Of a stretch of 19,634 bases of DNA, positions 16,601 through 19,634 are shown piece by piece (within the stretch, counting starts at the first letter, position 1; each line of letters starts with the position of its first letter). The translations under genes and the position numbers were made by a program. The notes below the pieces were generated by a model. That model made no database searches. It saw only the letters and a program-made list of their open reading frames with translations, and had not been told where the DNA came from. Source of the DNA: a virus (taxonomy: Duplodnaviria > Heunggongvirae > Uroviricota > Caudoviricetes); the IMG/VR virus record IMGVR_UViG_3300006226_000014, positions 88,804 through 108,437 of that record. One strand, given 5' to 3'.

Positions 16601-19600
16601 TGAAGATGGTAACAAATATCTCAGTGTTAATTATAAGTATGACAAAGAACCAATATTGACTACTAATAAGCTTAAGTTCTCTACTGAAGTTCAAAAACTA
16701 TTACCAATACGAAATGGCTTAAATTGGGCTAGTGAAGATATTGACTTTACAAATGCTAAATGGCCTGATGGTGAAAAAGTAGACCCACCTTTAGTACAGA
16801 GTGTTAAAGTTACTAAATCTATTACAGCAGATAATGATGAATCAACACTTAAGTACTATAAGAACCTATTAGTATTAGAAGGCGAAGTTGATACAGCTCA
16901 ACCTAACAAAATTGATTTTAGTAGAAATACTAAGTTGCAAGATGCTTTAAGTTATGTTAAGCGCGGAGATTCAATAGTAGATATTGTTGGAATATCAAGT
17001 TTAAGTTCTAAATCCTATAACAGATATGTTGTAAGTGCTACTAAAAATCTAAATGCAATTAAGTTTGTAGATTATAGAAATAACATTTTAATAATTGCAA
17101 CAAATACTGGTTTAGGTGCTGTGTACAAACGTACATTAGATGGATTAGAAGATACTATATATGTTGAAGATAAGAATATTGTTAATTATGAATTTCCCGG
17201 ACCATTAAATACGAAATATATCTATAATCAACTTAATTCGTTATCTTGGGATGAAAAGAAAGGTATTTGGATATTGGGAGTAAGTAATGGAGTTTATGAA
17301 AGTAATACTTTAGAATCAGAGTTATTATCTGTAACAATAAGTACTAATGAAACTGATATTACTGATATACGATTAGCTAAAATTTATGATAGTCCTGGAC
17401 AAAACATTAATGCCTATCAGTTTGTTGCTATTTTAGATAAAGATACTGGTGATGATAGAAAAAACAATTATAAAACAGTATTAACTAGAGATGTTGCCTT
17501 TCAAGAAATAAGTATTAGTGGTAATATAGATGTTATAACTAATAATTTATTAAATAGCATTAATATAGATAATTCAGATTATAGAAATTGGGAAAGTAAA
17601 GAACTTAATCCAGATACAGGATTAAACTACACTAGCCTTGATCCATTACCAGACCCTAATTATAATTATAGAGGATTTGGTTTTAATAAATCTGGTGAAT
17701 ATATTTCTAAAACCCCAATTATAATAGAAAAAGATAGTTATAAAATTCTTAATTTTACTATTAAAAAGGTAAATCCTGCAATTTCAAATTCTAGTTCAAT
17801 TTCTATTGGTGTTGATAATAAAGATATTGGATATACAGAATTTGAAAATAAAATAGTAATTATTGATCAAATTTGGATATTTGATAAAGAAGTACAAAAA
17901 TGGGTTGTTACGCTTAATTCTGAAGATTTCCCTAATTTTATATCCAATTATAACAATACTGAATATACTAATGTTACAACTTATTTAGTTGGTTCAGAGT
18001 TTGGTAAAAATAAACACGATGTTGCAGGAGAATTTTTATGGAAATTACCACGTGCAGAAGTCTCTGAAAATACAATAGTTGCTGCTATAGTTTGTACAGA
18101 AGATGTTAATGAAGTTGATAAACTTAAACCGCACTCAATAAATCTTAAAATAACTATATCTGATGATGGTGGACAATTTAATATCTATAATTTAACAGTA
18201 AATAGTCCAGAAAAAATTATTTATAATTATGATGTAAGTGACCCACCTTCTGAAATAAATATTCGTCATTTACAACCTGAAACTTATATAGAAGGACCAT
18301 ATAATCCATTAATTTATAATAATGAAATAAATTATATTCCATATTTAGTAGAAAACGTTAATGATAAATTAAGAGCAAAAAAGTGGTCAGTTTATAACTC
18401 ATTAGGACACCAAGCAATAATTATTGGTTCAACAATTTTCTTTTATACTCCAACAAATTATTATGGTGAAGAAACAGATTTAGATTTTGATGAAATAAGA
18501 ACTACCTTTGATCCAGCTTATTTTACTGAAGATATAATAAATAAAGGAAAAGATGCTTTAAACCCAATTGGCTTAACTGAAGAATATCATTGGAAAAGAG
18601 CTGAATTACCATCTTCAATAAATAATACATATCAATTATTTAATGAAATGACATTAAAACAGGCTTATGAATTAGTATTGTTACAACGAGAGTTAACATT
18701 AGACGAAATTAGTAAATTACTTAATCAGACAAGACCCCCTATAAGTTTGCCAATTTCTGATGGCACTTATGCTATTAGTCTTTCTGATCCTGAAGAACAT
18801 CGAGTTTATAAAGCTATGTATAATTGGATTATTTTACATAATGTTCAATTTTATGAAAATGATGAAGTAATTCCTATTGAAATTAGAGAACCAGGAATAC
18901 AATTTTATAAAACTGAAAAAGGAAATATACCACAATTTTATACAGATTATAATAAAGATGAAAAAGATGCTCCTCATGTTAAGTGGACATCTGCACAAGA
19001 GACTAAGTTTGAATTAGGAAATATTGTTTCAGTATACTTAACACATCAAATGTATTTAAGATATTTAGCAGATTATTATTCTGTTATTTGTGGTGCTACT
19101 CGATATGTTCATTATTTTGGTCCAGAAGAACTTAAAGATGTACAATTGACTAATACTCAATTAATTATTCAAACTGCTAATGATGATATTATTTCATTTC
19201 CAATAGAAAAAGCAACATCAAGAGATGCTATTGAAAACTATAATAATTGGCATGTGTCAAATATTGCACCAGAATATATTTTTATTGATCAAAGAGCAAC
19301 TTATGAGCAACGAACTGTTTGTTATGATAATAAATATTATAATTTAAAATCTTTTCCAACTCAAAAAACTACAAAAGCATTTACATTATTAGAAAAATAT
19401 ATTGAAAATAATATACAAATATATGCTGGATATATAGAAGCAAATGATAATGTTAGAGATATTTATAATGAATTTATAAAGAGTGGTCCAAATAATGAAA
19501 CTATATTAAATAATTTCAAATATATTATAGATTTATTTCCAAATAGATTAGGACCTAATAATATTATACCATCTTTTACTGAAGAAGATCCTTTAATAGT

Positions 19601-19634
19601 TTTTAATAGAAAATATCCAATAATTTTTTATAGT
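10641..19634 (+). CDS. giant baseplate wedge / tail-associated protein (>=2998 aa, 3' end beyond the window)
   Basis: Read by hand: ATG GAA CGA TTC at 10641, with no in-frame stop seen through the final TAT AGT (8994 nt = 2998 codons). Residues ~229-278 (DWLVTEYEQGVDYYDLP...IRNLTNHAFRRKLYGAKTGY) resemble the P2 gpI / T4 gp7 wedge motif. Confidence 0.85.
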   Translation, partial: MERFPTNAKYYQSVLDTYTSSDEFNANKRVHYNNEIPPVDLYDMVHSKLKNDMWKWFLGSSSIAYDIPYNIATDALEYFDEDGIIVQPSIAKYVNGVRAPDFGPVPKLTYNPNIKPTYQRMLDRANSITDPYDKQRALDEAANYIKDFYYNERVDDYYEITVPEYHRVQLEGVFLPEVDFLLHEGYRYLSVLYPDHPNFTEILTTNEVNDEIIQAAAVIHYVPDCIFFDWLVTEYEQGVDYYDLPRAFKEEALMMKIRNLTNHAFRRKLYGAKTGYMQFGSEILQHMSVHIVAEYLPFKPYLRIDETIRNNNEHKNFKWYNNIYHKPDILDDRAINKFDTLYRKQFRLLDFDNWSYDYVNTYKDPVEIFGTAYPTPYSMSDIYEYPNTRNTVLQVPMTIMEDFYSGQKVTVSGQPCFINYMIKENAYRVSVNLSYAGDELDDHYCSTYQLIDAITHINITSRIDPIYVDFQIHRGVEHTLQRVLDAEPDTYDMLAFESAVHEPNPLTRSIKELYKLIPDHIDGKFTLNPHQNGTLYMPANQFLTLYADYLNVTIDRTDYEKPVLQFSATAMAEDGYVHQNDLIVNDLVNSTYISEIVGIENGVFKFTVTEADRMFASPTGDRLGLSSIEAINAKEDGEYVLVFEFSKQNLPELTGKKVVLMGKPIFSTTEHPDKDNQYQVNGVTFYVSAIPFVKSHEMLKCLYVSYEQTALDKFKLLETIFKNGSSLKEGHIYKTNYARYEKATNAYATFVPALKTLIAQNKAGQVHPNDTYWNRVKTAATNLIDAYDLAPVKQRQLREYYNDFVATNDSTAALRDPDKIEANCLALYDMFEEYNSVYFPLLFCEISIDLDREYYTSYRSSNDETRRTLNAIERLDVVLDTMLPNRNLLLKPATNDFYNVNLTEEFAYSPLVQLDTLSNVLSIHLDKYGEGITHTKVLELGTDGLLNEYTFGSLNTASISSNNEDVKLDDPQYYYSNGKEYIERYYLGTQEYLCLNKDISFAINASSEPKKFSYATIDFLDLFMPDDKVNNVVGVVQQTHEVEIRSICTAGSNIIDFVDEESIWRMAALSTGDQVIGKTIENDTFIEVINIDNHYVTLNKALHTSGDFVLTYLCKINIFAKDVYVDFFKYRYELSRNKLIDTGSVVSHIFNKERYDCWPSETYPMSAVDVSKFKENLLRNLRNQSIYKQFFNRHVWDLHNDGIDPTAGYTMSSVIHVNQGLFLEANAFKTFKETNPAKKAMLTDPLGVFGFTNDREYIMKKEVLDYFQNYLYELSRASDNVNVGVAITASTKADGEPTIDPKIDSVFTTYGWNFNTVPYYVDIGVGKLDDVLIQKMEFEDQQLDYEDKSYWNYSIYDDIHMTKDRDERWQHETDNMSYEELREQGIDLEKADRSVWFAKQFTVKDGDGIPPIYSIHRPIMRAYIGEYEVQKFIKFDGYLEKNFTTVQFSIIKQVFKNLKKDNEVPLNVVNKRFFELNILRNVIVNNKKDLDTDTDLIRDGQEITSIYLGEWRPGSRLVGGQYYINWPAIPVDMTPNRIYYYSIAEHIQLVSVIDDVKFEEKTGVLPNIAFEAGTIIVVENGRWQVKDFVFAGLYGTSSELNKIIIPPNDDDTFVNISNSYPIEKRDDGAEYTLLHMLLVKLLINLGLFKGNLQNVCEYTVEQLEEMYQNVLDYRDTEFDDDGNIIHQENIEAIKTEILGSGYIENSPTALLFPETFKNKYNVNTHNIYWFMYTKGRDAQYGLLERCQIMPGQCIALLYVNNKFRISLLNENKLLFLINSDKKIRINTEEYLTFIGQYGYTEKRNIFLFEKVDQYVNTLDLRYKNLLRGSVDVNITAVPHFKVDGWEYNNDGITLKDEIRKNPFDITEDNIYYDSINNKLYSYNTDSKTHEKTKFAIVQEDNKYFKNLLYIYGQYQQLGATINKEFVEQGVLTPIPGVPFNVDNASLFDRILEIEQINIRSQYNINLEPTLFSSYCNIEGILKGIHVTEDGNKYLSVNYKYDKEPILTTNKLKFSTEVQKLLPIRNGLNWASEDIDFTNAKWPDGEKVDPPLVQSVKVTKSITADNDESTLKYYKNLLVLEGEVDTAQPNKIDFSRNTKLQDALSYVKRGDSIVDIVGISSLSSKSYNRYVVSATKNLNAIKFVDYRNNILIIATNTGLGAVYKRTLDGLEDTIYVEDKNIVNYEFPGPLNTKYIYNQLNSLSWDEKKGIWILGVSNGVYESNTLESELLSVTISTNETDITDIRLAKIYDSPGQNINAYQFVAILDKDTGDDRKNNYKTVLTRDVAFQEISISGNIDVITNNLLNSINIDNSDYRNWESKELNPDTGLNYTSLDPLPDPNYNYRGFGFNKSGEYISKTPIIIEKDSYKILNFTIKKVNPAISNSSSISIGVDNKDIGYTEFENKIVIIDQIWIFDKEVQKWVVTLNSEDFPNFISNYNNTEYTNVTTYLVGSEFGKNKHDVAGEFLWKLPRAEVSENTIVAAIVCTEDVNEVDKLKPHSINLKITISDDGGQFNIYNLTVNSPEKIIYNYDVSDPPSEINIRHLQPETYIEGPYNPLIYNNEINYIPYLVENVNDKLRAKKWSVYNSLGHQAIIIGSTIFFYTPTNYYGEETDLDFDEIRTTFDPAYFTEDIINKGKDALNPIGLTEEYHWKRAELPSSINNTYQLFNEMTLKQAYELVLLQRELTLDEISKLLNQTRPPISLPISDGTYAISLSDPEEHRVYKAMYNWIILHNVQFYENDEVIPIEIREPGIQFYKTEKGNIPQFYTDYNKDEKDAPHVKWTSAQETKFELGNIVSVYLTHQMYLRYLADYYSVICGATRYVHYFGPEELKDVQLTNTQLIIQTANDDIISFPIEKATSRDAIENYNNWHVSNIAPEYIFIDQRATYEQRTVCYDNKYYNLKSFPTQKTTKAFTLLEKYIENNIQIYAGYIEANDNVRDIYNEFIKSGPNNETILNNFKYIIDLFPNRLGPNNIIPSFTEEDPLIVFNRKYPIIFYS

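Noticed and set aside
1-19634. Stop-codon reassignment
   Set aside because: TAA, TAG and TGA all end well-supported genes, and the apparent gap after 10614 is explained by one open frame.
1-19634. CRISPR array, tRNA, rRNA, DGR template/variable repeats, introns or inteins
   Set aside because: By eye I saw no repeat-spacer array, cloverleaf, long near-identical repeat pair, split gene or intein motif. Dedicated scans were not run.

Overview
This window looks like part of a large, AT-rich tailed (myovirus-like) phage genome using the standard genetic code. No database searches were run: family calls come from motifs I recognised by reading, and GC figures are hand counts of individual 60-nt lines. 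The minus-strand block (1-8081) encodes a beta-class DNA amino-methyltransferase (partial), a very AT-rich GPH/MFS sugar symporter, a 5'-3' flap exonuclease, a thioredoxin-like protein, a free-standing HNH homing endonuclease, a T4 gp13-like neck protein, small proteins with T4-like capsid-targeting N-termini, and an InlB-B-repeat-like protein. The mostly plus-strand block (8213-end) encodes a NUMOD1-type DNA-binding protein, a gp26/gp51-like chaperone pair, a possible gp25, and an uninterrupted ORF of at least 2998 codons (10641 to the window end) that is missing from the supplied ORF track. The most interesting signals are non-coding. (i) A 71-nt sRNA candidate at 6991-7061 has its own promoter, a GNRA hairpin, a terminator, and a single-stranded seed complementary to a complete SD-spacer-AUG. 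(ii) A position-fixed motif WACTAA-N-TA-N-T|ATG lies in front of most SD-less genes, implying leaderless mRNAs. (iii) A second promoter motif, GTTAAT(A/C)TA, occurs five times. (iv) An 18-bp-period repeat array sits in the divergent 8.1-kb intergenic region.
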